Source: Spirochaetia bacterium (GTDB lineage: Bacteria > Spirochaetota > Spirochaetia > DSM-16054 > Sediminispirochaetaceae). Taken from it: 64,000 nt of DNA. The stretch lies in assembly GCA_034520965.1 (NCBI GenBank), contig JAXHMY010000002.1:352001-416000 (forward strand), in the 5' to 3' direction. The stretch's first letter is position 1; each line of letters begins with the position of its first letter. This document shows, piece by piece, positions 43,321 to 55,060 of the stretch. The position numbers and the translations under genes are program-made. Under the pieces are notes generated by a model that was not told where the DNA came from, made no database searches, and was given only the letters and a program-made list of their open reading frames with translations.

Positions 43321-44624
43321 ATGATAGTGAGTCGAAATCTATATGAGACAGGAAAAGCAGTAATTCTTATGAAACAGCTCAAACCGTATTACAGCAAATA
43401 CCGTATACAGGTAAATGGTCAGTGGCGGACAAAGGAAATACCAAAACCAGTTTTGAGGTGCGAGACTCTCCGCAACTTCGAAAACAGCATACTTGATAAC
43501 TCGGTGACAGCTTTCTACCCTTCGACTACCACTAAGGTTATTGCTCTTGATATTGATGATCATGAGGGGCAAGCGTGGGTTTGGTGGAAATCCTTCCAAG
43601 AAACTCAGTCAGTGCTTTACTCAAATTTATAAGGAAATTGGTGGAGAACCTTCAATTTTGGTTCGTTCTCCCCACGGAATGCACGCATTCTATCTTCTCA
43701 ACGAGCTGCTGCCCGGCCAACTACTTCAGGAGCTTACCGAACGGCTTCTAAAAGGGGTTGAGAACGTCGAGGTCAGATGTGGTGCTAAGAGGACAACACG
43801 GGTACCGGTTGAAAAATACTTACTCAATCCGTTTACGTGTGCTCCATGGGTGGATGGAATGTATACGGCGATGCGCAATGCCCGCCGTTACCACCCCTCC
43901 GAGTTGTTTGGGTTTGATTATTTACCGGTTTCGGACTCGAGAGGGAGTTCGAAGAAACGGGATATTCCGGCTAAAAAACACAGTTGTATCCAAGAAGCTG
44001 AAAACCGTCTTCTCCCGTTCGTCAATTACGCAACGAACGACACTTTTCTTGAGTTATGTAATATATACCGGCGCTCCGGACTTACTGAACAGGAGGCCAC
44101 CGAAAGGATGGTCGCCGCAGTGGAACGCAGTCCTCGATATACGAGAGACCTTCGAAACCCGAACATAGTGCGCAGGAGGGTCCGTTGGGAATACGAAAAC
44201 AACAAGAGTTTCGAACCTGAAAAGTCAAATTAATCCTCGAACAAGTGAGTCGCACGAAGAGAATCGTAGGCTTGCTGAGGCCATTGCCCAGCACCATCCT
44301 TGGGCTCCGCAAGCGACGAAGGCGGTGGTACGATTGATTACCGGCATGCTAAACATGGCCGACGAGACCGAAGCGGAGTTGGAGTTCGAGCCAGAAGATG
44401 CAGCTATGAAAAATTACTTATACAGTTACCATTTTTATAATATTAGACGCGGTTACTATCCGTTCCCAAGCACCGCCTTGAAGAAACTGCATGGGGGCTA
44501 TTCAAAGGTGATCAAATGGCTCATTAGAATCGGATTCTTGGAACCAGCACCCTTCAAGTACTCCACTATCAGCCACACGTGCATGCACTATCGCATCAAC
44601 CGCGATTGCTTTCCACTTGAATAG
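43321..44624 (+). CDS. AEP/primase-polymerase-like replication protein in three frameshifted pieces
   Basis: hhhDhD (IALDIDD), SxxGxH (RSPHGMH), VEVR, RVP, then a helical PriCT-like region and a wHTH-like C-terminus. Confidence 0.6.
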
Positions 44625-44641
44625 ATCTCTACTAAACAATA

Positions 44642-45122
44642 AACATATTCGCAAAGGTGCGGGGCAAATACAAAGAGGCTGTTGCAGTGAAGATCAAGCA
44701 TATTTGGAATCAGCCGGATGAACAGTCAGCCAGGGAGTATGCAAAACTGATAATGGATGAGTTGGAAAAACGACACCCAGATGCAATGAAAACTCTCGAA
44801 GAAGGACTTTAAGACTCGCTTCAATTTTATGCTTTTCCTAAAATCGATCAACGCAAAATATCATCAACGAATATGCTTGAACGAGTGAATCTGGAAATAC
44901 GTCGTCGTTCAAGAGTTGTCGGAATCTTCCCTTCCATCGATTCTTACATCAGATTAGTCTCATGCTATCTGATAGAATACACAGAAGACTGGACAACCGG
45001 GAGATGCTATATTAAAAAGGAAGTACTGGATGAGCAACGTGAGCTTATCCTGAAAAAAGCTGCTTAATCCGTATAGGAGGAAAGTGGCTCCAAATGAAAT
45101 TGCGAACTAAGTTGGACACCAA
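44642..45122 (+). pseudogene. IS256-family transposase 3' remnant with probable right IR
   Basis: STNMLERVNLEIRRRSRVVGIFP; in-frame TAA at 44810; 5' part missing; AAATTGCGAACTAAGTTGGACACC end. Confidence 0.88.
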
Positions 45123-45636
45123 CGGAATTTGTGGGAATAGTTGGAGAGTCAATTTTATAAAGTCGATCATATGCTCTAATGTTATTTACAATTTTTTCCC
45201 TAATTTTAGCAAAAATCTATTTAATTCTTTTACAGAGAAAAATAACTTTGAATGTGTAGTTTATTATGACTATACTTCAAGCCATTGAACGGTTAGTTCA
45301 AAGTGGGTTTATGTCAAAAATGTTAATTCTTATCGAAGTTGAAGCTATCATTACCATGACGGAGGCTCATATGTTCGAAAAACTTGAGCCGCCTATAGTA
45401 TATAGCTTCCTCCGGTTTCTCAAGCAACGGCGATTCACATTTAAAAGGTTATCAGTGTTGCAAGAAAAGTCTAACTAACTTTTCTACTGCCGTCTTATCC
45501 AGCATGTATGAGCCTATTGAGGCAATTATCTATTCAATGGTTACTAATATCAAATTGTGAGTATCAGCAACATAGCTATCGAATTCGAACTCTGTCACCT
45601 TTAGGGCACCTATAAATAGCTTCATTGGGGAAAATA

Positions 45637-46599
45637 TCATGGATACACCGAAATACTATCAATCAAGAGGTTTATAAACTCTTCTACATTAATTGTGATT
45701 CCAACCTGTGCATTTGGCTTCTGAGGTGGAACTATTGCATCAGTTTCTCCAAAGGTCAAAGTGTCAGGCAGGTTTCGCTGATCACATACGGTCATCCCTC
45801 GTGTGAGTTTCCCTTGGAGCTCAACTGCTACATGCATCTGCTTGAACTCTATCAATGAAGGGTCGATCAACCAAGCAACTGCACATGGATCATGTAGAGA
45901 AGCACCTCTTAGACCAAATAGTTTTCTTACTCGTTCAGTGTAAAACGTTAAAAGTTCGGCTATCGCCTTACCCGTGTTACTCCCAAGGCCTCTAAATTTT
46001 TCAATCACCGATTCATCTGCATAGGTTTGTCGAGTCAAGTTTAGCCCTACCATTTTTATTGGAATCCCACTTGTGAATACTATATGTGCAGCCTCAGGAT
46101 CACACCACACATTGAGTTCTGCTACCGGTGTTGAATTACCAACCATCGTAGTCCCGCCCATTAAACTTATCTCTTCAATCTCTTCAACTATGCTTGGGTC
46201 TTTTCTTAATGCTAAAGCAATATTTGTGAGAGGACCTATTGGCACGAGTGTAATCTTTTTATGAGCATGTGCCATTTCAATTATAAAATCCGAGGCATGA
46301 CCATCTCTAGGGGATCTCCTGGGTTCAGGTAAGACAGGACCATCCAAACCACTCTTACCATGAGCATAAGAACCGTACCTGGTTTCCTGCACCAGAGGTT
46401 TTCCATTACCTTTGATCACAGGAACATCAACAAGTTCAGCCAATTCTAATAACTGTAAAGCATTTCTGGTTGTTTTCTCAACCGCCTGATTACCAAAAAC
46501 AGTTGTCACTCCCAAAAGATCAAAGTGTTGTGCCGCAAGCAGAATGGCTAAGGCATCATCATGCCCCGGATCGGTATCGACAATTATCTTCCTCTTCAT
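45637..46599 (-). CDS. Nucleoside hydrolase (IU-NH/Rih family)
   Basis: DTDPGHDD, IGPLTNIA, MGG, AELNVWCDPEAA, LHDP. Confidence 0.94.
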   Translation of the reverse strand: MKRKIIVDTDPGHDDALAILLAAQHFDLLGVTTVFGNQAVEKTTRNALQLLELAELVDVPVIKGNGKPLVQETRYGSYAHGKSGLDGPVLPEPRRSPRDGHASDFIIEMAHAHKKITLVPIGPLTNIALALRKDPSIVEEIEEISLMGGTTMVGNSTPVAELNVWCDPEAAHIVFTSGIPIKMVGLNLTRQTYADESVIEKFRGLGSNTGKAIAELLTFYTERVRKLFGLRGASLHDPCAVAWLIDPSLIEFKQMHVAVELQGKLTRGMTVCDQRNLPDTLTFGETDAIVPPQKPNAQVGITINVEEFINLLIDSISVYP

Positions 46600-46630
46600 A
46601 ATTTCCTCCTAAGTTAAAATAATTCTATTT

Positions 46631-47482
46631 TTATTTGAAACCAGTAGATACCGCGCTTCTTGTGTAGTACTTTTGCATAAAAATGTATAAGAGCATTGGA
46701 ACTGCAGTAGCCAGTGTGGTTGTGCCAAATAATCGTCCCCATTCGATCTCCTGAAATGTTATGTTTCTTGCAATAGCAACCTGCACAACTACATAATCAG
46801 GAGAACTAGTGGCGACCAGTGGCCAAAAGAAAGCCTCCCATTGAAAAATAAAAAGAATAAGCGCTCCACTCAGCACTGCCGGATAGGCCAATGGCAACGC
46901 AATCCTTCTGTAAATACCGAACCAAGAAAGTCCATCGATTCTTGCCGCATCAAAAAGGTCTTTAGGAATCGATGCAAGAAATTGTCTGAACATAAATATC
47001 ACCAAGCCGTTTGCTACTGAAGGCACTATAAGAGCGGCATAGGTATCGAGCCACCCGATGGCCTTTACCAGCACATATAAAGGTATGACAATTGATTCGA
47101 TAGGCATCATAAATGTAAGAAGAACTAAAATAAATAATATATTTTTTCCTTTAAAATTAAAAACTGCAAATGCGAAACCTGCTGCAGAATTGACCAGTAC
47201 TCCAAATACGGCAGTGGTTAGAGAGATATATAGTGAATTAAATAGAGCCCGAGGGAACTTGCTTTGAGTGAATATATATCTGTAGTTGTCAAAGGTTACA
47301 GTCTTAGGAATGAATGTCTGTATGCTCAACTCTCTTGTGTATTGGAAGACCGAGCCAGATGGACGAATCGAAGAAACAAAAAGCCATACCAAGGGGAGCA
47401 GCATGATTAATGCAATTACCACCATTATTATATAACGAATTACTTGGGTGCTCGAAAATCTCGCTCTTTTCGTTCTTAACAT
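46631..47482 (-). CDS. Carbohydrate ABC transporter permease
   Basis: EAA loop DAARIDG; multiple TM segments. Confidence 0.92.
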   Translation of the reverse strand: MLRTKRARFSSTQVIRYIIMVVIALIMLLPLVWLFVSSIRPSGSVFQYTRELSIQTFIPKTVTFDNYRYIFTQSKFPRALFNSLYISLTTAVFGVLVNSAAGFAFAVFNFKGKNILFILVLLTFMMPIESIVIPLYVLVKAIGWLDTYAALIVPSVANGLVIFMFRQFLASIPKDLFDAARIDGLSWFGIYRRIALPLAYPAVLSGALILFIFQWEAFFWPLVATSSPDYVVVQVAIARNITFQEIEWGRLFGTTTLATAVPMLLYIFMQKYYTRSAVSTGFK

Positions 47483-47487
47483 TCGAC

Positions 47488-48348
47488 TTACTCCTCTTGC
47501 CTCAATACTCTCAATTCAAAGAATGCAAACACACCTATTATCATTAAAATGACAGTTGAGATGGATAGTGAGCGTCCTAAGTCCAGCAAAACGAAGGCAG
47601 AACGATATGCCTCGTACATGAGTAAACTTGTAGAGCCGAGAGGACCTCCTTTGGTAATGATATATATTGGTGCAAAAAACAGAAAATTGACAACTGTATC
47701 CGCTATAAGAACAAATGCCAAAGAACGTTTCATGAGCGGTAGGGTTATTCTTTTTAGAATCGTTCCACCGCTTGCCCCATCGATCCGAGCTGCCTCATAC
47801 AATTCATTCGGTATATCATTCAGGCCAACCAGGAGGAACATCATCCAGTATCCCACACCCTTCCAACTCGCCAGCCAGATAAGTGAACCGAGGGCTTGGT
47901 TTGGACCCGTGAAGAAAGGCTGCATAGACAATCCTATAGAGTTGAGAGCTCCGTTAACTAAACCGATGTTAGGATCAAGCATCAGCTTCCATAGTATTGA
48001 AGCCACCGCCAAAGATGTGGTCATAGGCAGAAAGTAAGCGGTGCGGAAAAACCCTACTCCGAAGGTTGAACGGCGCACTAACAGAGCAAGGAAAAATGCG
48101 ATGAGAACCTGAAGTGGATTGATGAAGAGGTTGAATCTTATGGTAAGATTAGTTGAGTGCCAAAACTTTGATTCACCAAACAATTCTATATAATTAGACA
48201 GTCCGGTGAACACCGTTTCTCCCTGCAGGGTTTGCATGGTAAAGCTGCCAAAGACCGAAACAAATATCGGTCCAAGCCTGAAGATCGCTAAACCTAAGAG
48301 CGCGGGAAAGATAAAATAATATGGTGTCCACCGACTGCTATTCAACAT
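47488..48348 (-). CDS. Sugar ABC transporter permease
   Basis: ELYEAARIDGA, ITLP, TKGGP. Confidence 0.92.
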   Translation of the reverse strand: MLNSSRWTPYYFIFPALLGLAIFRLGPIFVSVFGSFTMQTLQGETVFTGLSNYIELFGESKFWHSTNLTIRFNLFINPLQVLIAFFLALLVRRSTFGVGFFRTAYFLPMTTSLAVASILWKLMLDPNIGLVNGALNSIGLSMQPFFTGPNQALGSLIWLASWKGVGYWMMFLLVGLNDIPNELYEAARIDGASGGTILKRITLPLMKRSLAFVLIADTVVNFLFFAPIYIITKGGPLGSTSLLMYEAYRSAFVLLDLGRSLSISTVILMIIGVFAFFELRVLRQEE

Positions 48349-48387
48349 ACCCTTACAACCTTCCGAGTGTTCCGTATTTCAGATACA

Positions 48388-49679
48388 CTACTCGTATTTT
48401 TTTAGTGCGTTATCAATTTCCTTTGCCGCATCATTGAGTATATTTTCCACACTTTCCCCCACCTGTATGTCCTTAAAAGCTTTCATAAGAATATCTTCAT
48501 ATTCCCTATACCCAGGAGTTGCAGGACGGGGCTCAGCGGTGTTGTTTACCTCATACAGCATGATCTGCCATGGATCGGTATTAAACACATCTGCCGGTCC
48601 TTTTTCAAAAGTCTCATCTCGTACAGGCACATACCCTCTGAAGTCAAACCATTTGAGGCGTAGTTCAGTGTCAGTGGTCATATACTTAACAAATTTTTTG
48701 CAGCTTCCATATTCTTCGTTCGAGGATTAACCCCAATATGCCAGGATCCAGTAGAAGTAACCGGTTTCCCTTCTTCGAAATACGGATGTGGTGCGACACC
48801 CCAATTGAGATCAGGATAATCGTTCTCAAAACGTTTTAAGTCCCATGGCCCTCCTATGAAGAATGCCGTTCGTCCTGTACCGAATAACTCTGGGGACGTG
48901 CTGATATCCGTACCAACCGGTGAGACTTTCCATTTCTGAAAGAGATTCTGATAAAATTGAAAAGCCTCAATGAAGGTTTTTGAGTTCACATATCCGCTTG
49001 CCTTCAAACCATCAGGACTCAAAACTTCTGCTCCAAGTGACTGTGGAAGAGGAAGAAGTTGGTAAGGCCGATCGGTTTGTTCGAACACGACTCCCCACAC
49101 ATCTTTTGATGGATCCGCCACTTTCTGTGCAGCTTCTACGATTTTCTCCCAAGTCCATCAATCCTTTGGATTAGCGCTTGGAAGAGTTATTCCATGCTCC
49201 TTCAGTAGATCAGCGTTGTAGTAAAGTAATTGAGAGCTACTGGCAAATGGTCCAGAGTACAAACTTCCATTGTAAGTTCCTTGATCTATTGCCGCCTTGG
49301 TGAAACCGTTCAACAGTTCTCCATAGACAGGGTCAAGCTCTACCAGGTGATTTCTTACTGCATAGCTGGCGGTCAATGGCCCATCAACTATGTACAAATC
49401 TGGAGTGGCAGTCCGAGCATTGAGTCTGACATCAAGTGTTTGAAAGATCTCCGAGAATGGAACTCTTTCGTATTCAAGCTTTATGTTCGGGAATTGCTCT
49501 TCAAACATTTGCATAACCGGATCAACTTGATCCTCAGGCCATCCCATCCATACAATATTGAGCGCTACCTCCTCCTTTACCTCACTGGGCTCCTTGGTTT
49601 CTTCAGTCTGCCCTCCTCCCATAACAGGCATGACAAATACAATAGCAAAGATTAAAAGTATGATTGACACCCTTTTCAT
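48388..49679 (-). CDS. Sugar ABC transporter substrate-binding protein; two frameshifts
   Basis: Signal MKRV...GGQTE; PDL, LLYYNADL, GPW and PRP motifs across three ORFs. Confidence 0.85.
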
Positions 49680-49761
49680 CTTTTCCCCTTGCTACGCACC
49701 ATTAATTCTAATAGTGCTAACGTGTACAATTATATCTTCGATGCTACACATCGAAATAAAC

Positions 49762-50775
49762 TTAGTTACTCCTCGGTTGACTACAACTGCCTCGTATTAT
49801 GAGACTCGCATCTAAAATAATCTCCTGAGCTCCATTCAATCTATCGGAAATATCATCTAGTAAAAGTGTCATGGCATTTCTTCCAATTTCTATTGCTGGC
49901 TGCCGTACTGTAGTAAGCGATGCATACTTTGCGAAGGGAATATCATCATAGCCAACCACCGACACATCATCAGGAACGCTTAAACCCTTATCGGAAATAG
50001 CTTTCATTGCTCCGAAAGCTATCATATCATCGGCACAAAAAATTGCGGTAAAATACCTTCCCGAATCAAGAGCAGACATCACAAGAGAATAAGCCTTGTC
50101 AGCTTCAAAGGAATCCTCTATGACCATATCGTAATCAAGCTCTATATGATTCTCTTTCAGCGCTCGACAATAACCTGAAAACCTCTGTCCCTCGGTACTC
50201 TGTTTCTTAGAGCCACCCACATAGAGAATCTTACGATGCCCCAGATCTAATAAATAACGCGCAGAATGATAAGCCCCTAGCTCGTTGTTTGCCAAGACTC
50301 TTGGTGCATCAATGCCCTCCAGAAATCTGTCAGCAAACACTATGCTCCGATCTTCCGCTAGAAGTTCCTTTACACGCCTGATGTCGTTACCCTGAGGAAT
50401 AAGAATGATCCCAGGGAAATTATAGTCCAACAACACATTAAAGAGATCATTTTCACGGTCTATATCATTATCATAAGTAAAATAAACTATATCGTAATCA
50501 TGTTTGCGGGCTACTTCCTCAACTCCAAGAGTAAGGTGGTTAAAGAACGGATTTCTCCCATCGGGAATAACAATTGCTACTCTATTTCGCATATTTTTCT
50601 TTGCTTTTCTTGGCAGCTCTGCTTCGATGCCAAATTGCTTTGCTGCATCCATGACCCGTTTGTAGGTAGTACTGCTCACAGTGGTTTGTCGATTGAGCAC
50701 TCTGGAGACCGTGGACTCTGATACTCCAGCAAGGAAAGCTACATCGGACAGTCTTGCTTTTTCCTTTCTACTCAT
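49762..50775 (-). CDS. LacI-family transcriptional regulator
   Basis: LSDVAFLAGVSESTVSRVLN HTH; VPDDVSVVGYDD, LTTVRQP. Confidence 0.94.
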   Translation of the reverse strand: MSRKEKARLSDVAFLAGVSESTVSRVLNRQTTVSSTTYKRVMDAAKQFGIEAELPRKAKKNMRNRVAIVIPDGRNPFFNHLTLGVEEVARKHDYDIVYFTYDNDIDRENDLFNVLLDYNFPGIILIPQGNDIRRVKELLAEDRSIVFADRFLEGIDAPRVLANNELGAYHSARYLLDLGHRKILYVGGSKKQSTEGQRFSGYCRALKENHIELDYDMVIEDSFEADKAYSLVMSALDSGRYFTAIFCADDMIAFGAMKAISDKGLSVPDDVSVVGYDDIPFAKYASLTTVRQPAIEIGRNAMTLLLDDISDRLNGAQEIILDASLIIRGSCSQPRSN

Positions 50776-50834
50776 GTATCAACATTATTTTCTTTTCTGC
50801 AATCTGTCAAGCTTTTTTTCATTTTTGCTTTTTT

Positions 50835-50856
50835 ATTGCAGCATTCTTGCTGCAAT
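50835..50856. promoter_or_regulatory. Candidate operator palindrome between lacI and the ribokinase gene
   Basis: ATTGCAGCA-TTCT-TGCTGCAAT in the divergent intergenic region. Confidence 0.5.
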
Positions 50857-50972
50857 GTTACAATACTGATTGTTATAATCGAATAATTTCTATATACTGT
50901 GTCTATACTAAATAAGGTACTCGCGATGTGTTAGGATTATACTGAATGTTCGTTAGTAAAATGGAGGTGTAG

Positions 50973-51891
50973 ATGAGCTCATTCTGCGTTATCGGAAGTA
51001 TGAATATAGATCTCATAGCCCGAATAGACCAATTCCCGACAACAGGAGAGACACGCTTTGGTTCAAATTTTTTGATGCGTCCAGGCGGGAAAGGAGCGAA
51101 CCAGGCAACTGGACTTGCTCGCTTGGGCGCAGATGTAAAGATGGTAGGAAAGGTGGGTTCAGATGTCTTTGGCGAGCATTATACCCGCGCTATGGAAACA
51201 GAATCGCTTGATGCTCGATATGTGGAGAAAGAAAACAACATTTCCACAGGAGTAGCCTTGATCCAAGTCGATGATAATGGTAACAACCGTATTATCATCG
51301 TCGACGGTGCAAACAAATTGGTAGACATCCCCTTTATAGACCCAATCATTTCTAAGTTGAAAACGTGTGAGGTGTTTTTATTTCAACTTGAGATACCATT
51401 GGAAACTACTGTATACGGACTTAAAAGGGCAAAGGATATAGCGGCAACTACAATTCTAAATCCTGCACCCGCGTTAGAAATCCCGGATGAAGTGTACCCC
51501 GTATATCGACTTTCTTACTCCGAACAGAGGAGAGTTGTGCGACCTCTTAAACATGAGCATATCATCAAGTAGTGATGTTGAAACGGCATGTAAAAAACTG
51601 ATCTCACGTGGTATACAAACAGTGGTACTCAAGGATGGAAAAAATGGATGTTACATAGCCGATGGACAAAGTGCTCGCCATATCCCCGCCTTCGAAGTAT
51701 CAATAGTGGACACTACCGGTGCAGGTGATGCTTTTAATGCTGGATTCGCTTTCTCCATAGCAGAGGGTAACACCCTGGAAGAATCCGCCCATTTTGCAAA
51801 TGCAGTAGCAGCGTTGTCTTGCACAGCATGGGCGCACAATCGGCTCTACCCACTTATGAGGAAGTACTTACATTTCTTGAAAAATGAATAG
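50973..51891 (+). CDS. rbsK: Ribokinase (PfkB family); frameshifted
   Basis: GSMNID, PGGKGANQA, QLEIP, NPAP, DTTGAGDAF. Confidence 0.9.
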
Positions 51892-52190
51892 TTCCCTGCA
51901 GCCATCAACAACTTCGTTGAAAATTCCAATTAGATATCTTCTAAAACATATGCCTCGACTTGGCCGCACTATTACATTGTCAAAGAGTAGGTTTACGGAA
52001 ATCTATTCCTGAAATTAGTTAAACATATAAGAACATATGGATATGAGGGAAGGTTTTACCACTTAAAAATGACCTACTACTACGAAGATGAGGGAATGGT
52101 GTATTGGACAATGGTACCACCCCGGCCCCCCCCAAATGGTATCCCCCAGAAGAAGATATAGTAAACCGCTGTCCTAAAGAGAGCTACATA
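51892..52190 (+). pseudogene. Decayed small hypothetical gene
   Basis: Frame reads FVENSN*ISSKTYASTWPHYYIVKE*V...HIRTYGYEGRFY...VYWTM, with TAG at 51931 and 51988. Confidence 0.5.
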
Positions 52191-52324
52191 AAACCCCGGT
52201 CGTTCATTGTCTATGGGCTACCCTGTTCCCCGCTCCTCATATCCCTTTATCCCTTTATCCCCCTCCCCCATTGTTGTTAAATATGTAGCGTACTTCTGAA
52301 TAAGTTGGAGATAGAAGAGTTAAC

Positions 52325-52420
52325 TTGATGGACCAAGTGGTCGAGAGCAGAAACACGTGGGAGGTCTACAAGAGCATAGTGGCGAATAAGGGAAGCGCCG
52401 GAATCGATGAGATGACTTTA
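52325..52420 (+). pseudogene. Group II intron RT N-terminal (RT0) remnant
   Basis: MDQVVESRNTWEVYKSIVANKGSAGIDEMT. Confidence 0.6.
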
Positions 52421-52665
52421 GCCAAACTGTTAGAGATTCGTTTGAGGACCCAAATATATCCGGAAAAATACTTGTACTTTCATTTAATAGAAGCTTGGAG
52501 AAGAAGGCTCAAAAGGAGTTATCTAAGATAGTACTAAACGACGTGGATAGAACCGGACGACAGAGTCTATCAGATATAAAAACTCAAAGACGCAGGGCCC
52601 GTCCAGCGGTGATAGTAAAAACAATCCATGCCCTTGCGTTTTTCCTACTCAAGAAAAGCAAGTAG
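52420..52665 (+). pseudogene. UvrD/SF1 helicase fragment
   Basis: Motif Ia KILVLSFNR and motif Ib VKTIHALAF in a frame missing from the ORF track. Confidence 0.55.
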
Positions 52666-53405
52666 TTGCCGCAGTGGACATACGAAATCAATGAAATTGA
52701 TATAGAAGCAGGACAGGACGCTAATCAGATACACACCATCGAGTACCCCTTACGACATCATCTGAAGACAAAACTCAGGATAACACCCGAGAGGACTACT
52801 ATGAATAGTTCTATACCCTCCACCAGACCTCTGACGAGACTTTCATCGTTCAGTAAGAGGGGAACACCACACTCCTCTCCTTCACGGTGAGTAAAAAGAT
52901 CATAAGACCAAGTAGGTAGTATCATATATACATTCTATAGAATCTCCACATTACCCACTTCATTAGCTACCTCTTATTACCAGTCAGCAAACGACATTTT
53001 TGCGATCGCAGTTCCATGCCCTATAGGAACCCCTGTACTGGCATATTGACCATCCTCTATCACCATCTCAGGATAAAATTCCCTTTACCATGCACCTCTT
53101 AAAACCGCCTTTTTCCCTCTTTTCTTACTTCCCATAATACTGAGAGAACGTATCAATGCCGCTCACTGTAGTCTTCCTCAGTCAGGATTCCCACATACTA
53201 CTTCACCCATCTTCTAAGACTCACATGGCCGCCCGCGATGCCATCAGGGAGATTCTTAAATTTTCCGAGAAACAATAGTTAAACTAATTTTAATTATTAT
53301 GAAGAGGTAACTCTCCGGTTCCTGGTGGGTTGAATTCTGGCTAAATCTCCATATTTTGACTAAAACCTCCTACCATTCCATACTAAATTCACGGGGGTAA
53401 ACTTT

Positions 53406-53693
53406 ATGTGCAATACACTGCATTTTGAGAAATACAGACAAAATGAGAAGAACTATACTATATATCTTGAAACATTAGATGAACTTCTCACGGATACAAT
53501 AGAGGACCTTTCTGTTATCGCCATTAACCTTGCCACGAATGGAGTCTGGAAAAAGTGGAACAACTATATTGACGATTATACCTCATTCGAGTTTACGGAC
53601 GATATGCTTAACAATACCGGAGATAGCATCGTGAGCCGAGTGATGAAACTAAAGGGTGATATGGAGGATCTTCAAAAGTATATTAAAACATAA
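53406..53693 (+). CDS. Hypothetical protein
   Basis: 95-aa ORF with ATG and GGGGG upstream. Confidence 0.5.
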   Translation: MCNTLHFEKYRQNEKNYTIYLETLDELLTDTIEDLSVIAINLATNGVWKKWNNYIDDYTSFEFTDDMLNNTGDSIVSRVMKLKGDMEDLQKYIKT

Positions 53694-54254
53694 ATCGTTT
53701 GAAGTACTTTCAGAGATGAACATATAAAATGAGTTCCTGTACTGAAAGGAAGCCTCTTTCCTTAGCCATATCCTGGAAGTTTTCAGATTCTTCCGGCTAA
53801 GATTCATAAACTCTCTTGTTTTTAGTTCTGTTGTCCGTGTTGTGAAAGTTTTTCATCCACTGATATTTCTATCGGATTGTAGTGGACTCACACTGTACAG
53901 TTATCAACCCCGGATTATGGGACTCTTCCCCTATAGATATGTATCTGGAATTTTCCGCCTTTGATATGAAATCGGGCCAACGTGTTTTCATATAGCAGGC
54001 GCCATCAATACAAGAATATAGAAGTTTCATCCTCACCTTTACCGAACCCGATGTTGACGTCTTTTTATGATCTTCCATTTCTACCACTGCAGTATGGCGA
54101 GGTTTGAATAGTTCTTTTTCTGTGAAAAGCTGTTCCAATAACTCTTGTTTTTCTTCTTGATCGGGAAGTAAAACTCTATAATCTTTATACTGATCAGCCA
54201 TTTGCAGCGGACTCTCAGAGGCATTTTTCGCATCGCACACAATACAGGTTATTT

Positions 54255-55060
54255 TCCCATTTCGGTACCTTTCCCGCAGGGGCTTCGAATACATATACCC
54301 GTTTTTTCTTCCACTCGATTCTTTCGATAGCCCAAGCTTTTCCGGAAAGATAAAAGCTCGCCTCTTTTCAAGAAGTTTTTCAAGGAAATCCCACTGGACA
54401 GCCCCTATGACTTCACCGGAGAGCCGCATCACCTCGAACTCTAGAGGTGAACTGAAGACCGAATAAATTTCCATGAAGTTTCGTCGACCAAAGACTTTCT
54501 CTGCTTCAAGCCCCATCGAAAAAGCCTCTCTGCTGTCATCATGTAGAAACTCTTTTTCCAGAAGAAATTCGATGAATCTATTAAACTCTTCCCTATGTAT
54601 TGCAGAAAAACAGTACGATGTATGCAAAAGATTCCACACAAGTTGTCTGTTTACGGCCCCTCTTTCAAGGCATAATGCCATTATTTGATGAAGGAGGAGG
54701 TGCCAGGTCCACTGCGAAAGAGGTACATTCTCGACCCACCCCTCACGAGAAAGCTCTACAATGGCTATTGCCTGGAGAAGTTTTTGTTCTTTTTGCACAA
54801 AGAAGGTCGTATTTACAACCGTCCCTTCCCTCCTTCCGGTTCTCCAAAGACGCTGCATAAATGAGGAGACTGTGATAGGAGCATCTACCTGCAACACCTT
54901 ATCAAGATCTCCGATGTCTATTCCCAGTTCCATCGTTGATGTGCTCACGATGCATGCATGACGACTATTCTTGAACTCAGCCTCGGAAAGCTCACGTTCT
55001 TCGCAGCTCAAGGAGGAGTGATGGGCATGGATATTGTCTTCCTGATTGTTCAGCAGAGCG
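54255..55060 (-). pseudogene. Truncated Lhr-like SF2 helicase (C-terminal half)
   Basis: HHSSLS, STSTMELGIDIGD; motif VI altered to QRLWRTGRR; no Walker A/B; the rest of ORF 53869..55140 is unrelated sequence. Confidence 0.75.

Noticed and set aside
45266..45478. Short ORF resembling a GntR HTH fragment
   Set aside because: The similarity is limited to about 15 residues and is not supportable.
52112..52150. C-rich tract resembling a phage packaging or G4 site
   Set aside because: It falls inside the decayed reading frame (MVPP..) and has no phage context.
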